The position numbers and the translations under genes were made by a program. The notes below the pieces were generated by a model. That model ran no database searches and was not told the DNA's origin. It saw only the letters and a program-made list of their open reading frames with translations. From Octopus vulgaris (Eukaryota), in the NCBI GenBank assembly GCA_951406725.2, contig OX597814.1, positions 69,688,001 through 69,752,000 of the forward strand: a stretch of 64,000 nucleotides of DNA, written 5' to 3'. Shown here one piece after another: positions 1 to 11,714 of this stretch; position 1 is the first letter of the stretch, and the number at the start of each line of letters is the position of its first letter.

Positions 1-218
1 ACTCATTCCAATCTATTTAACATTCACTCTTTGTTGACTGGCGATACAGTATGGGCAGATTTTCGAAATCCAATGAATCTTTATACATTTATACAGTAAG
101 GAAATTTTACAAATATACTTTTTCAAGGAGATATGATAAACCCATTATAATGGGTAATATTACATGTAATTTTCATATTTTTTATATTGTGATGTAATTC
201 TTTGGACTAACAATGTTT

Positions 219-309
219 GCAGCTGAAGAGAGCTTTAAACCAGCTTTTATATCAATAATACACTGATGTAATAACGGATTGTTTATAAAGCTTGAAATAT
301 GTGTACCGC
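219..309 (+). ncRNA. Type-I hammerhead ribozyme motif (degenerate), long stem II
   Basis: gcag-CTGAAGA(223-229)-gagctttaaac...gtttataaagctt-GAAA(294-297)-tatgtg-TA-ccgc. Stem II arms are complementary; stems I and III are imperfect. Confidence 0.55.
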
Positions 310-474
310 GATATCCTTTGTGTTCTGTTTTAAACTTTATTTGATAGATTCTCTCTCACCTCTACCATTATCTTGCATATACAGGTGCTTGTACTTATCA
401 AGTATTCACCCTAAATTTACAGTACCTATAAATATACATATAATCAAAATAAGCAACAAGGATATCCAAGGTAG

Positions 475-561
475 TGTAGTACAATCGTTTTATGCTACTT
501 CATTTTATTAAACAATGTAAGTATTATATTAGTTTTAAATGTAGAGCAGTCTTCAGTCACA
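475..561 (-). ncRNA. Hammerhead motif, degenerate copy (GAAA mutated to AAAA)
   Basis: Minus strand: tgtga-CTGAAGA-ctgct...agcat-AAAA-CGATTG-TA-ctaca. Inverted copy of 1433-1519. Confidence 0.5.
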
Positions 562-1282
562 TATAGAATTTTCCAATTAAATAGACAATGTACATTTTTA
601 TACTTATTCCATTTGCCAACATTACAAAGAGGGTAGATATATAGACAGAGAGGTTAATTTCATCATTAAGAACATGGTAGTAGAAGGTCCTTCCCTATGG
701 CCAGATTTTTTTATCACTGAGTTCACTTAGTTATTTAGATTTATCAATGGGGAGGGTTTAGAAGAAGGGGTAGTACAAATGTCAAAGAAATAAATCCAAC
801 CCCATTATGAGGAATTTAACTTTGGCATATTTGTATGTATTTTAGCTAAAGTTAGCAGGCTGTGGGGTAGGGAGAATAGAGACTACTAATGCTCTAGAGA
901 TTTCTAAGGTTCTTAACCATTCAACAGCCATAATCTTGTTTGTGATTTTAAATAAATATCCTTTAGATAGTTTTTTCCAACGGATTCCAATAAATTTTAG
1001 TATCTTATATAGGGATGGAGAATATAGAAATCATTTCATATTTATATAAATATATATCAATTTTTATTAATATAGATTTATAGTTAGTTAGTAAATAGTG
1101 ATTCATTTTTATTAATGAGTTAAACTAAAGGAATATGCTAGACATAATATTTATTACCTGTAAAAAAAAAACCTTATCAATTAGCACGTTGTCAAGAGCC
1201 TATAAGATATATTAAAATGTAATGGAAGGGAGGAAATCAGGATGACCTAAATAATTTCACTAGATATATGGAATATATTCAG

Positions 1283-1373
1283 TCCTATATAGGAAAGTAT
1301 GTGTAATTTATGCAATCCTATATAGGAAAGTATATGTAATTTATGCAATCCTATATAGGAAAGTATATGTAAT
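1283..1373. repeat. 33-bp tandem repeat, about 2.8 copies
   Basis: Unit tcctatataggaaagtatRtgtaatttatgcaa, repeated head to tail. Confidence 0.85.
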
Positions 1374-1432
1374 GTTGGCAAATGGAATAAGTATAAAAAT
1401 GTACATTGACTATTTAATTGGAAAATTCTATA

Positions 1433-1519
1433 TGCGGCTGAAGATTGCTCTACATTTAAAACTGATGTAATACTTACATTGTTTAATAAAATGAAGTAGC
1501 ATGAAATGATTGTACTACA
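1433..1519 (+). ncRNA. Type-I hammerhead ribozyme motif, long AU-rich stem II
   Basis: tgcgg-CTGAAGA(1438-1444)-ttgct...agcat-GAAA(1503-1506)-TGATTG-TA-ctaca. The sister 3' half at 2010-2026 reads GAAA-CGATCG-TA-ctgca. Confidence 0.65.
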
Positions 1520-2141
1520 CTATCTTGGATATCCTTGTTGCTTATTTTGATTATAATCACCCCATTTGATTTATATGGATAATACCATACCAAATTCTGG
1601 TGCCTTTAAACTTAGGTACCATATTCATCTGAATCTAAATTTTGCTGAACTTTATATATATATATATATATATAAATTCTATAATTATGAGCATAATTAT
1701 AATTAGGGTTCAGCAAAATTTGCTTCACCACATACGGAAATTTAGAAATAGCAGTTAAAATACTATTCTACAACCATAATTCCAGTAATAAATCTAAATA
1801 ACAAAGTAACTTCCTGTGAAAAAATATCAGTTACTACTATGATATTGTTGATGAAACTTGTTCTTTGTCTATCTACTTACCCTCTTTGTGATTTTGGTTA
1901 ATGGAATAACTATACAAATGAATCCTTTGAATTTAAATTCTATATTTTTATTGCTCTACATTTTAAAACTGATGTAATATTTGCATTGTTCAGTTAAATG
2001 GAGTCACATGAAACGATCGTACTGCATTACCTCTGGATATCCTTCTTGCTTATTTTGATTGTAATCACCCCATTTTGAATTATATGGATAATACCATACC
2101 AAATTCTGGTGCCTTTAACTTAAGTACCATATTCAACTGAA

Positions 2142-2173
<32 letters not shown>

Positions 2174-2210
2174 AATATCAATAAATAAATATATATATAT
2201 CAATATGTAA

Positions 2211-2858
2211 ATAATAGAAATATTAAAATTACTAAGTCTCTATAAAAGAGATTACGGCAGCGTTTACTGGAAATTAATTGTTATCGCCATATTAATATGG
2301 CATTCTTATAGATATAAGAATAATCGCAGCCATGGTCAGCTCCATGAGGCCACCACCATCAAGATAGCTATTGATACACGATCTGTATCCATTATAACCT
2401 TCGAACAAGGGAGGTCAGCTGCTTCACACTGCCAGTCCGACAGCTACAGACGCGTTTCGGGGTATTGCCCCTTGTCAATGTAGCGCTGTCAGACCCGCAG
2501 GTGTCGCCACTGACGTCTCTGTTCGAAGGCTTATATTTACCTAGTTTCAGTGGAATACATCCACTTGTTTTCAATAATAGAAATATTAAAATTACTAAGT
2601 CTCTATAAAAGAGATTATGGCAGCGTTTACTGGAAATTAATTGTTATCGCCATATTAATATGGCATTCTTATAGATATAAGAATAATCGCTGCCATGGTC
2701 AGTGTGAAGCGGCTGACCTCCCTTGTTCGAAGGTTATAATGGATACAGATCGTGTATCAATAGCTATCTTGATGGCGGTGGCCTCATGGAGCTGACCATG
2801 GCAGCGATTATTCTTATATCTATAAGAATGCCATATTAATATGGCGATAACAATTAAT
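2211..2858. mobile_element. Short hammerhead-containing repeat with tandem and inverted duplication (PLE terminal-repeat-like)
   Basis: About 2211-2340 is duplicated at 2574-2702, and 2703-2858 is an inverted copy of about 2274-2430. A hammerhead lies at 2439-2490. Confidence 0.6.
2439..2490 (-). ncRNA. Type-I hammerhead ribozyme motif, U3-A8 core variant
   Basis: Minus strand: gacagcgctaca-TTGACAA-gggg caata cccc-GAAA-CGCG-TC-tgtagctgtc. Strong stem I, 4-bp GC stem II, palindromic stem III, GUC cleavage triplet. Confidence 0.8.
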
Positions 2859-2929
2859 ATGTAAATATATATATATATATATAAACATATAAATATACAT
2901 ATATATATATATATATACAAGATAAGAAA

Positions 2930-4451
2930 ATGGAGAAATACATCAAAATCAAATATCAATTACCAGATAATACTCAATCACATACTTTATTAAACCACCA
3001 CATAAGAGACTGTAGGGTTAAATATAAAAAGCAGAACAAATCAGTGTACATAAAGGAATGTACATAAAAAGTGTACATAAATGAGTAATATTATTGTATA
3101 ATAATTAGAATATATATAAAAAAGAATATAAATACAAGTAAGTATAAATATAAGTATAAATTAGATCTTACAGCTGTTTCGGCCATGTCAATAATTATGT
3201 CTCATTTTACCAATATTAGCCCTTTATGGTTGGTCAATATATAGATATAAATGAGACATTAACAAAAATATCACAAGGCCTCTTCGGAGATTATGTAATA
3301 TAACAGTCTACACATATACCCACATGGGTGTGGGTGCGTACCCACAATACAACATATATACATATGAGTGCATATACTCACACTCCTATACATATAAAAA
3401 AATATACATTTACATAATGATATAAATAAATAATATAAATTAGTAAACATATATATGTGTTCCACACCCAATGTCTCAGTTTTTTTACTTAATATTGTGA
3501 TAATAAACATACACAAATTAATACCTAGATGTAAATATACATAGTCAATAGTACATTATATTACTTCATAATAGTTTCCAAAGTGTCATTAAAGTTAGTA
3601 TCATTATCGTTGTCAATACAATTAATGTTATCATTGTTATCATTCATAATATTATTAATAACTCTTACATTATGATCCAGAGCAGAATATATGTATGTCC
3701 GTGTTCCAGTTAATAATTTTCCTTATGGCATAAATATACTATTGGATTTGAATTTAAAATTATCATTATCTTCCTCACGGTTGGTCAATTGAGAATCGCC
3801 CGACCTTCACCACACCGTACAAGCAAAACATCCACATCCACATCTAACCCTAAACCTATACATCCACACAGAGACTCACACACACATGTACACACACATG
3901 AATACACCCCGACACATCTCTACAAAAATTGGAGAGTGCATGTCTGTCATCGTATTGCTTATAGACATATCAGTACAGGCAGCAGTGTCTAACACTAACA
4001 CACACACTCACACGCACATCCGCATAAATATTAATACACTTTCCTATACTGTGTCAGGGAACTTTCGCACACACACATATATATATATTTTTTTAAATAT
4101 ATATTTGCGCATTCATACGTACAAATAAAACTCATATTTATATCTACCCAAGAATGAATATTCGCATATACACATATATACACATCCAAGCACGCACCTG
4201 CGTGCTTATATGTGTAATAAAAACATACATCCGTACATCCACCCATGATCATACCTATAAGTACAAAAACATATATACTTACACATACACATTTTCACAC
4301 ACCTACAGAGGTTACTATTAATTTAGAATAAGTTTATTAATTATAAGTTAAATTAATTATAGATTAGTAAGTGCCAAATAAACAAAAAAACAAAAAAACA
4401 AAAATAAATAATTACATAAATGAATATGAATATATATATACATACACATAC

Positions 4452-4484
<33 letters not shown>

Positions 4485-5220
4485 CATACACATATCCATG
4501 TATAGATAAACAGATAAATAAAATGGAATACAAATTAAGGAGGGCATAAAGATAAACCTAATATAGTAAGTATAAGTGGATATGCCAGGGTGCACCCACA
4601 TGCACATACATGTGTGTGCACGCCCTCGCAAAACCCCCAATAAACCAACTGTAAAAAAAAAAAGGGAATGCCACATTAAATGCTCATCGAGATAAACAAC
4701 TTATAGTAATTATAGACTCTTACATATTACATATTGGTATATTAAAAACTCAAACTAGTGCCCTAAGATATGATGCACCTATACATCTTACACCTATAAA
4801 AGACTCTGTGGGGTTCCGAATATCATGCATATATCAGAATAACTGTATATTTCTGTATATTTTTTCAGTCGGGACAGAAACAATTAATGTAGAACACATA
4901 CATGGAGACACAAAAGTTATAACTTATAAATTGTAAGGACCAATAGTACAGTCCTATATAGATGAATGCTAAAAGGTTACTGGTAGAAGAATTAGGTGTT
5001 ATTTAAATCTAGAGAAAGTGTACGCCAATTTGTGAAGGCAAAAAAAATTTCGCTCATTAACGCTGTTAATAATGGGTTGGCCGGCTTTGATGATGAAGAA
5101 AATTTCATTGATACTATTGTATACAGGTGCAGATGTTAATATTTCCCAATCTAGTTTAAAATCTATGTTCTTACTCTTGAGTTCCCAGATATACGTACTT
5201 AGCCCCGTAGAGTTCATACG
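2930..5220 (-). mobile_element. Penelope-like element 3' part (GIY-YIG C-terminus, long low-complexity 3' region, hammerhead)
   Basis: ORF 4999-5217 (STGLSTYIWELK...LDWEILTSAPVYN...NERNFFCLHK) resembles the PLE GIY-YIG C-terminal block. A hammerhead follows at 3165-3291 on the same strand. Confidence 0.65.
3165..3291 (-). ncRNA. Type-I hammerhead motif, U4C core, about 100-nt stem II
   Basis: Minus strand: atct-CCGAAGA-ggcc...(atgtctcattt/aaatgagacat)...ggcc-GAAA-CAGCTG-TA-agat. Confidence 0.7.
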
Positions 5221-5437
5221 TTATCCCATAGAGGGTTGCATTTACAACCCCTATCTCAATTTGTATATATATATATATATATATAAAAGTAAATAAATGG
5301 TACAACGAAGTACCGATATTTACTGGAAAATAGCGATCATAATAAATACGATGCTATTGTATAGCTTCACTGCCTATATACTAGTAAAGACGTGTGTGTG
5401 CAACAAACATGAAAAACGAAAAACCTAGAAACAGATA

Positions 5438-5508
5438 ATGCAGTACTGGTTTCAGACTCTTCAAATACGTTTGCCAACATAGATTTGATTTGTCTTCATC
5501 AGCTGCAT
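5438..5508 (-). ncRNA. Type-I hammerhead ribozyme motif, canonical core
   Basis: Minus strand: atgcag-CTGATGA-agac...gtct-GAAA-CCAG-TA-ctgcat. Perfect 6-bp stem I. Confidence 0.8.
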
Positions 5509-5660
5509 ATACCTCGTCAAAATTTCAAATGTTGCCACATCTATGCCAGTACACTCGTCTGAACGCCAAAATGTTAACAGAACGAGAACAGTGAAGAAGT
5601 TTCAATGAAAATAGTAATGCAATACGAAAGTATTGCTTTCCAGTAAAAGATAACCCGTAA

Positions 5661-6921
5661 AATTTCCGGTGTGGTAGCTAGGTTTAGAATCAAAAAGCCT
5701 TAGAGTCAATGTAGCAAAGACCAAAATACTAGTAAGTAGAAAGACAAACTCATCACACACACTCTCAGGTAGGTGGCCCTGCTCGATCTGTAGAAAAGTG
5801 TAAGCTATGGACACATAAGAGGTGCAGCAACATCAAAGGAAAATTAATCGAGAAGATAGTTTTCGTGTGTGGCAGACACACAGGGGCAATAGACACCACA
5901 GATACTCAGAAAACAGATTCCATCACACTCCAAGTGGAGAAACTAGAAGTAATTGATAGCTTCCACTACCTAGGTGACCAAGTTAGTAGTGGGGGTGGAT
6001 GCGCAGGGATTGTTACCACTAAAATACGAATAGCCTGGGAAACGTTTAGAAAGCTTCTTCCCCTACTGGCAACAAAGGGTCTCTCACTCAGAGTGAAAGG
6101 TAGATTGTACGATGCATGTGTGCGAACTGCCATGCTTCACATCAGTGAAACATGGGCTGTGACTGTGGAGGACATGCATAGGCTCGAAAGAAATGAAGCT
6201 AGCATGATCTGCTGGATGTGTAATGTCAGTGTGCATGCACGACAGAGTGTAAGTGCCCTGAGAGAAATGTTGGACATAAGAAGCATCAGATGTGGTATGC
6301 AGAAGTGACATTTGCGTTGGTATGGTCATGTACTACGGATGGATGAGGGGAGAAGTGTGAATAAGTGCCACTCGCAAACAGTTGAAGGTATCCAGGGTAG
6401 AGGTAGACCCAGGAAGACACAGGATGTGGTCAAGCATGACCTTCGAACATTGGGCTTCACAGAGGCAATGACGAAAGACCTAGACCTCTGGAGATATGCT
6501 GTGACTGTGAAGACCCCACAAATGAAGTGAGTTTATGGCTCACAGGACGGCCTGCTGTGCTTAACTTGAATTGTAGGGCAACCTATTGTGCTTGAGGAGA
6601 CCTATTGAGTCAAGTACATCAACATCAAAATAAATATCAAATGGAAATTGTAGTTGTGATACCCATGCCAGTGGCACGTAAAAAACTCCATCCGATCGTG
6701 GCTGATGCCAGCCCCCTCTAGCCCTTGTACCAGTGGCATGTAAAAAGCACCCACTTCACTCACGGAGTGGTTGGTGTTAGGAAGGGCATCCAGCTGTAGA
6801 AACACTGCCAGATCAGACTGGAACCTGGTACAACCTCCTGGCTTCCCAGACACTGGTCAGACCGTCCAACCCATGCTAGCATGGAAAACTGATGTTAAAT
6901 GATGATGATGATGATGATGAT
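5661..6921 (+). mobile_element. RTE-clade LINE, 5'-truncated and decayed
   Basis: ORFs 5865-6308 and 6312-6530 (EVIDSFHYLG...RIAW...RWYGHVLRM...RGRGRPRKT). Shared 3'UTR and (GAT)n tail. Confidence 0.9.
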
Positions 6922-6944
6922 AAATATATATGGAATGATAAATA

Positions 6945-7825
6945 TATATGGAATTTGTATATTGTTCCTTCAATGAGGTGGATGCAAGTTCTGCAGTTAG
7001 AACAACCAGATTTTTTGACGGTTGATGGTGGGTAATTTTGCATTGGTGAGTAGGTTTTTTATTACTTTATGGGTTTCGAGTAATTTTTTTCGACATGGGT
7101 CAGTTGTGGGATGTTCTTGTATATAATTGTGTAAGCTTCTGCATTTCTTGGATTGTGTGTTCAGAGACATGGGAGAATATTCAATGTACCTTGAGTGTGT
7201 TTTGGTTTACATAAGTCTTAGGTATCGAATGTCTTGGCCTGTTCTATTCCCTTGTCAACTAATGATGCTGGCTAATGTCTTTCAAAAAGAATTGCCTTTA
7301 GTTCTTGGAGTCTTTTATTTCGCATTCTATAATTTAAGACAAATGTACAAATTCTTCTCAATAGGTTGAAGGGAATGTTTGTTTGTGTGTGTGTTTTGGG
7401 TGATTGGAGGTGAACAGGAGGTATTGTTTGGAATCAGTTAGTTTGTAGTGGATATCAGTTTCAATGTTGGTGCTTTTTTTTATAATAAGAATGTCAAGAA
7501 AAGGAAGTTGGTCTTGACTATATTCCATTGTAAATAGGATATAGTTGTTGAAACTGTTGATTAAATTTTTGAAATCACTGAGTTGGTCAAGTGTGTGGGA
7601 CCATAGGATGAGGCAGTCATCCAAGTAGCATTTCCAATTCTCCAAGAAGTATTTGTAGAAAGACAGGCCGTATTTTCATTTGAATTGTTTCTAGATTTGT
7701 AATTCTAGGTAGGCCATCACCAGGTTGGCATAAGTTAGGGCAACATTAGTCCCCAATACCTGTCTATCAGTGTTATTATTAAAATTCAAAAAGTTGTTTT
7801 CAAGTATAAACTTAAGGCCCTTGAT
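6945..7825 (-). mobile_element. Penelope-like RT fragment
   Basis: ORF 7358-7645 (WKCYLDDCLILW...FTMEYSQDQLPFLDILI...TDIHYKLTDSKQYLLFTSNHPKH) carries PLE RT motifs. Confidence 0.85.
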
Positions 7826-7937
7826 GATAAAATTTGAAATTTACAGAAAAACAAAAGACAAAGACAGGTGTATAAACAACAAGCAGGTGTATTAGTTTGA
7901 TGGTCGAGAAGGATGTATATATATATATATATATATA

Positions 7938-8125
7938 GTTAATCCAAACATGAAAACACAAAGAGAAAACACAACAACGCGAGGACGTGGAACAAGTCTA
8001 GTATTATTGGACGCTCAGGAGAGGAAAGAAAAAAGGAGGAATTAACATTTCGAGCGGAGCTCTTCATCAGAAACATAGTAAAAGGAAAGATCCAAGGAAG
8101 GGAAGACGGGGAAAAAAATCGGCGT
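7938..8125 (-). mobile_element. Solo 3'-terminal fragment of the PLE at 58803-62405, with hammerhead
   Basis: Closely similar to 58803-58985 (gttaatccaaacatgaaaacacaaag...). Confidence 0.7.
8040..8074 (-). ncRNA. Minimal type-I hammerhead motif
   Basis: Minus strand: gttt-CTGATGA-a-gagc tcc gctc-GAAA-TGT-TA. Stem I is weak. Confidence 0.7.
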
Positions 8126-8262
8126 CACATATATGTATGTAAGTGCTAGGCTTGCAGGGCATTAGTTCTGGGGTCGATTTGCTTGACAAAAGGCCATGTA
8201 CCAGCATGCTCCAGTCAAATGAATGAAACAATAAAAGAATGAAAGAATATATATAAATATAT

Positions 8263-9897
8263 GTATAGAGGAATTCAAGACGGGTTGCCCCTGGGAGCTC
8301 GTCTATGCTGATGACCTGGCCCTCGTAGCAGAATCACTACCATAACTAGAAAAAATAAATTTCGGGTGTGGAAACTAGGTTTAGAATCAAAGGGCCTTAG
8401 AGTAAATGTAGCAAAGACCAAAGTTATAGTAAGCAGAAAGGCGAACTCATCACACACCCTCTCGAGCAGGTGGCCCTGCTCGATCTGTAGAAAAGGTGTA
8501 GGTAGAAACTCCATAAGATGTACCCAGTGTAAGCTATGGACACATAAGAGGTGCAGCAACATCAAAGGAAAATTAACTGAGAAGCTAGCTTTCCTGTGCA
8601 GCAGATGCACAGGGGCAATAGACACCACAGATACTCAGAAAACAGATTCCATCACATTTCAAGTGGAGAAACTAGAAGTAGTTGATAGTTTCCGCTACCT
8701 AGGTGACCAAGTTAGTAGTGGGGGTGGATGCTCAGAGAGTGTTACCACTAAAATACAAATAGCCTGGGAAACGTTTAGAAAGCTCCTACCCCTACTGGTG
8801 ACAAAGGATCTCTTGCTCAGATTGAAAAGTAGATTGTACGATGCATGTGTGCGAACCACCATGCTTCACGGTAGTGGAACATGGGCTGTGATTGTGGAGG
8901 ACATGCGTAGACTTGAAAGAAATGAAGCTAACATGATCTGCTGGATGAGTAATGTCAGTGAGCACACACAACAGAGTGTAAGCGCCCTGAGAGAAATGCT
9001 GGACATAAGAAGCATCAGATGTGGTGTGCAAGAGAGACGTTTGCGCTGGTATGGTCATGTACTGCGGATGGATGAGGAGAGATATGTGAATAAGTGCCAC
9101 TCGCAAACAGTTGAAGGTATCCGGGGTAGAGGTAGACCCAGGAACACATGGGATGAGATAGTCAAGCATGACCTTCGAACATTGGGCCTCACAGAGGCAA
9201 TGATGAAAGACCGAGACCTCTGGAGACATGCTGTGACTGCAAAGACCCGACAAATAACATGAGTTCATGGCTGCTTCCTGCACTAGTTTCGCATAGCCCC
9301 AGCCCATCTAAAGTAAATTGGATTGCAGAACGACCTGCTGTGCTTACCTTGGATCATAGGGTGACCTGCTGTGCTTGAGGAGACCTATTGAGGCAAGTAC
9401 ATCAACATCAAAATAAATATCAAATGGAAATTGTAGTTATGATACCTGTGCTGGCGGCACATAAAAAGCACCATCCGAATGTGGCCGATGCCAGTGCTGC
9501 CTCGACTGCCTTCTGTGCCAGCGGCACATGACCTGCTGTGCTTGAGGAAATCTATTGAGTCAAGAACATCAACATCAAAATAAATACCAAATGTACATAA
9601 AAAGTACCATCCAAATGTGGCCGATGCCAGGGCCACCTTGACTGGCTTCCATGCTGGTGGCATGTAAATAGCACCAACTGATCGTGGCTGCTGCCAGCCT
9701 CCCCTGGCACCTGTGCCGGTGACACGTAAAAAGCACACACTACACTCACAGAGTGGTTGGCGTTAGGAAGGGCATCCAGCTGTAGAAACACTGCCAGATC
9801 AGACTGGAGCCTGGTGCAACCTCCTGGCTTCCCAGACCCCGGTCGAACCGTCCAACCCATGCTAGCACAGAAAACGGACGTTAAACGATGATGATGA
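8263..9897 (+). mobile_element. RTE-clade LINE, 5'-truncated
   Basis: WELVYADDL RT motif near 8290-8320. 298-aa ORF 8366-9262 has a Cys/His finger and the RTE C-terminus. 3'UTR repeat units and (GAT)n tail. Confidence 0.92.
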
Positions 9898-10454
9898 GAT
9901 ATATATATATACATACATATAATATTAATTAGAGACAAAACCACTATTATGCAAATCAAACAAAGAACATGTATGTATATATGCATATATATATATATAT
10001 ATATATACATAACTTCACATGTGCTTCGGAGAACCTAATATACTCACTAACCTGCTCCGGGTGTCAAGAGCAGTACATAGGCCAAACAAAAAATGGTTTG
10101 CGTAAACGAATGGCCCTGCACAGATCCCAGATAAAAATTCCCCAAAACAGAAAAATAGCTTTTAGCCAACACATAGATACTTGCGCCAACAAAAAAACAC
10201 CAAACTTCAGAATTTTCCCCCTCTACCAATTTAGGGACGATACAACCTCGAGACAAAGAATAAGTAAAGAAAATCTCTTTATTACAAAATACAAGCCACT
10301 TCTTAACGGGTCTACGACAAACAATTAATATACCTCAACTTTAGAATAAAAGAAAAAAATATATATACACACACAAATACTACACTCCATAGAATCCATT
10401 ACTAATCAGCCCCTTCATAGCTATATTTACACCCATTCATATTCTCCCTTCTCT

Positions 10455-10675
10455 GTTTTTTCTTCTTCTTCTTCTTCATCATCATCGTTATCATCATCAT
10501 CGGCGTCATCATCGCCACCATCATCACCACCATCTTCTCCTTCTTCTCCTTCTTCTTCTTCTTCTTCTTCTTCATCATCATCGTTATCATCATCATCGTC
10601 GTCATAATCATCACCACCATCACCATCATCTTCTCCTTCTCCTTCTTCTTCTTCTTCTTCTTCTTCTTCTTCTCC
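10455..10675. repeat. Compound (TTC)n/(ATC)n trinucleotide microsatellite
   Basis: Alternating TTC and ATC/ACC runs; source of the spurious K/M-rich ORF 10402-10677. Confidence 0.9.
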
Positions 10676-11026
10676 ACCCCCTACCCCTTAAGTTTGTCAC
10701 TAATGTTTTTTAGTATAACACCTACGCTAATTCTATAAACAAGCCTGTCGATATAAATATTCTCCTGAATTGAACTGAGACTGCCAGCCGCCACTGACCA
10801 TTCAAAATACGACCATCAGGGCACTCCCAGATTCTCCCACCCCCTTTCCTCACCAGCCTTCCCTCTACTACCCTACCAAGAACTCACAACTACCTCGAAC
10901 ACACAAGTGCAAACAAGGGAGTCAGAGAAAGGCAGAATGCCACTTAAATCTGAACACTACTATAGAAATATTGTTTTTAAAAAAACTTTTCTTCTAATTT
11001 TTCTAAATTTAATTATTTAATCGTTA

Positions 11027-11064
11027 CAGTTGAAAAGGTCTCAAAATGACCGAAACCGGTACTG
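11027..11064 (+). ncRNA. Minimal type-I hammerhead motif, U3-A8 core variant
   Basis: cag-TTGAAAA-ggtc tcaaaat gacc-GAAA-CCGG-TA-ctg. Confidence 0.75.
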
Positions 11065-11113
11065 AAATGTTCACTATAAAATTATTTTAGCATTTTCTAT
11101 TTTTTACTTGTTT

Positions 11114-11150
<37 letters not shown>

Positions 11151-11152
11151 TA

Positions 11153-11657
11153 TCTATATATATAAAACTCTAGTTGTGTGAGTGTCTGTCCCCTTCGATT
11201 TAGATTCCTAACTCCTCCCACATTTTGCGGTGCAGTTTAACCAAATTCGGGTATCTTATAGTCGTGATTAATATCGAGCCCGTCTGGCTATTAGCGCGAG
11301 TCTACGATTTTAAAAATAATTTAACATCATTTTTTATTCCATTTTAATGCATAATTTTTCGTGTGTCGATGACGGCAGAGTTGGCGTCCACGCTCAAACA
11401 CCTGCAACTGTGTTTGCTTCTCCCCCTTCTTCCCTCCCTCGTGAAGCTGTGGGGAAGGGAGCGTAAGGAAATCAACGTCGTAAAGCGTTGTCAAGGAGAC
11501 CAGCGTTCTTTTAGAACAACGACTTCATGGCTTGAAGACACCAAAACAGAAATGGCTAAGAAAGCCCGAATTGGCATCTATAAGGGAAGTAACTCTCTAA
11601 AAATGCTTATATAGTTATTTCCCTTACAAACCCGAGCAACGCCGGGCGATACTGCTA

Positions 11658-11658
<1 letters not shown>
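11153..11658 (+). mobile_element. Non-autonomous Helitron-type element
   Basis: 5' TC start (a|TCTATATATATAAAA) and a 3' hairpin (cccgagcaacgccggg) followed by CTAG|t. Inserted at an AT dinucleotide with no TSD. Confidence 0.75.
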
Positions 11659-11700
<42 letters not shown>

Positions 11701-11714
11701 TATATATGTATATA

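Larger units (their letters stand above)
437..2145. mobile_element. Penelope-like element remnant with inverted and direct terminal-repeat (pLTR-like) copies
   Basis: About 437-612 is the reverse complement of about 1380-1556, and 1951-2145 is a further direct copy of about 1445-1635. Each copy carries all or part of a hammerhead motif. Inverted/direct terminal copies are typical of PLE insertions. Confidence 0.6.
10008..11120 (+). mobile_element. Penelope-like element 3' end (GIY-YIG endonuclease, 3' region, hammerhead)
   Basis: ORF NFTCASENLIYSLTCSGCQEQYIGQTKNGLRKRMALHRSQI...KENLFITKYKPLLN. Same family as 56022-57830. Confidence 0.9.

Noticed and set aside
1283-1373. 33-bp repeats containing a palindrome
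   Set aside because: Head-to-tail with no spacers; a simple minisatellite.
10402-10677. Lys/Met-rich ORF
   Set aside because: Translation of a trinucleotide microsatellite.
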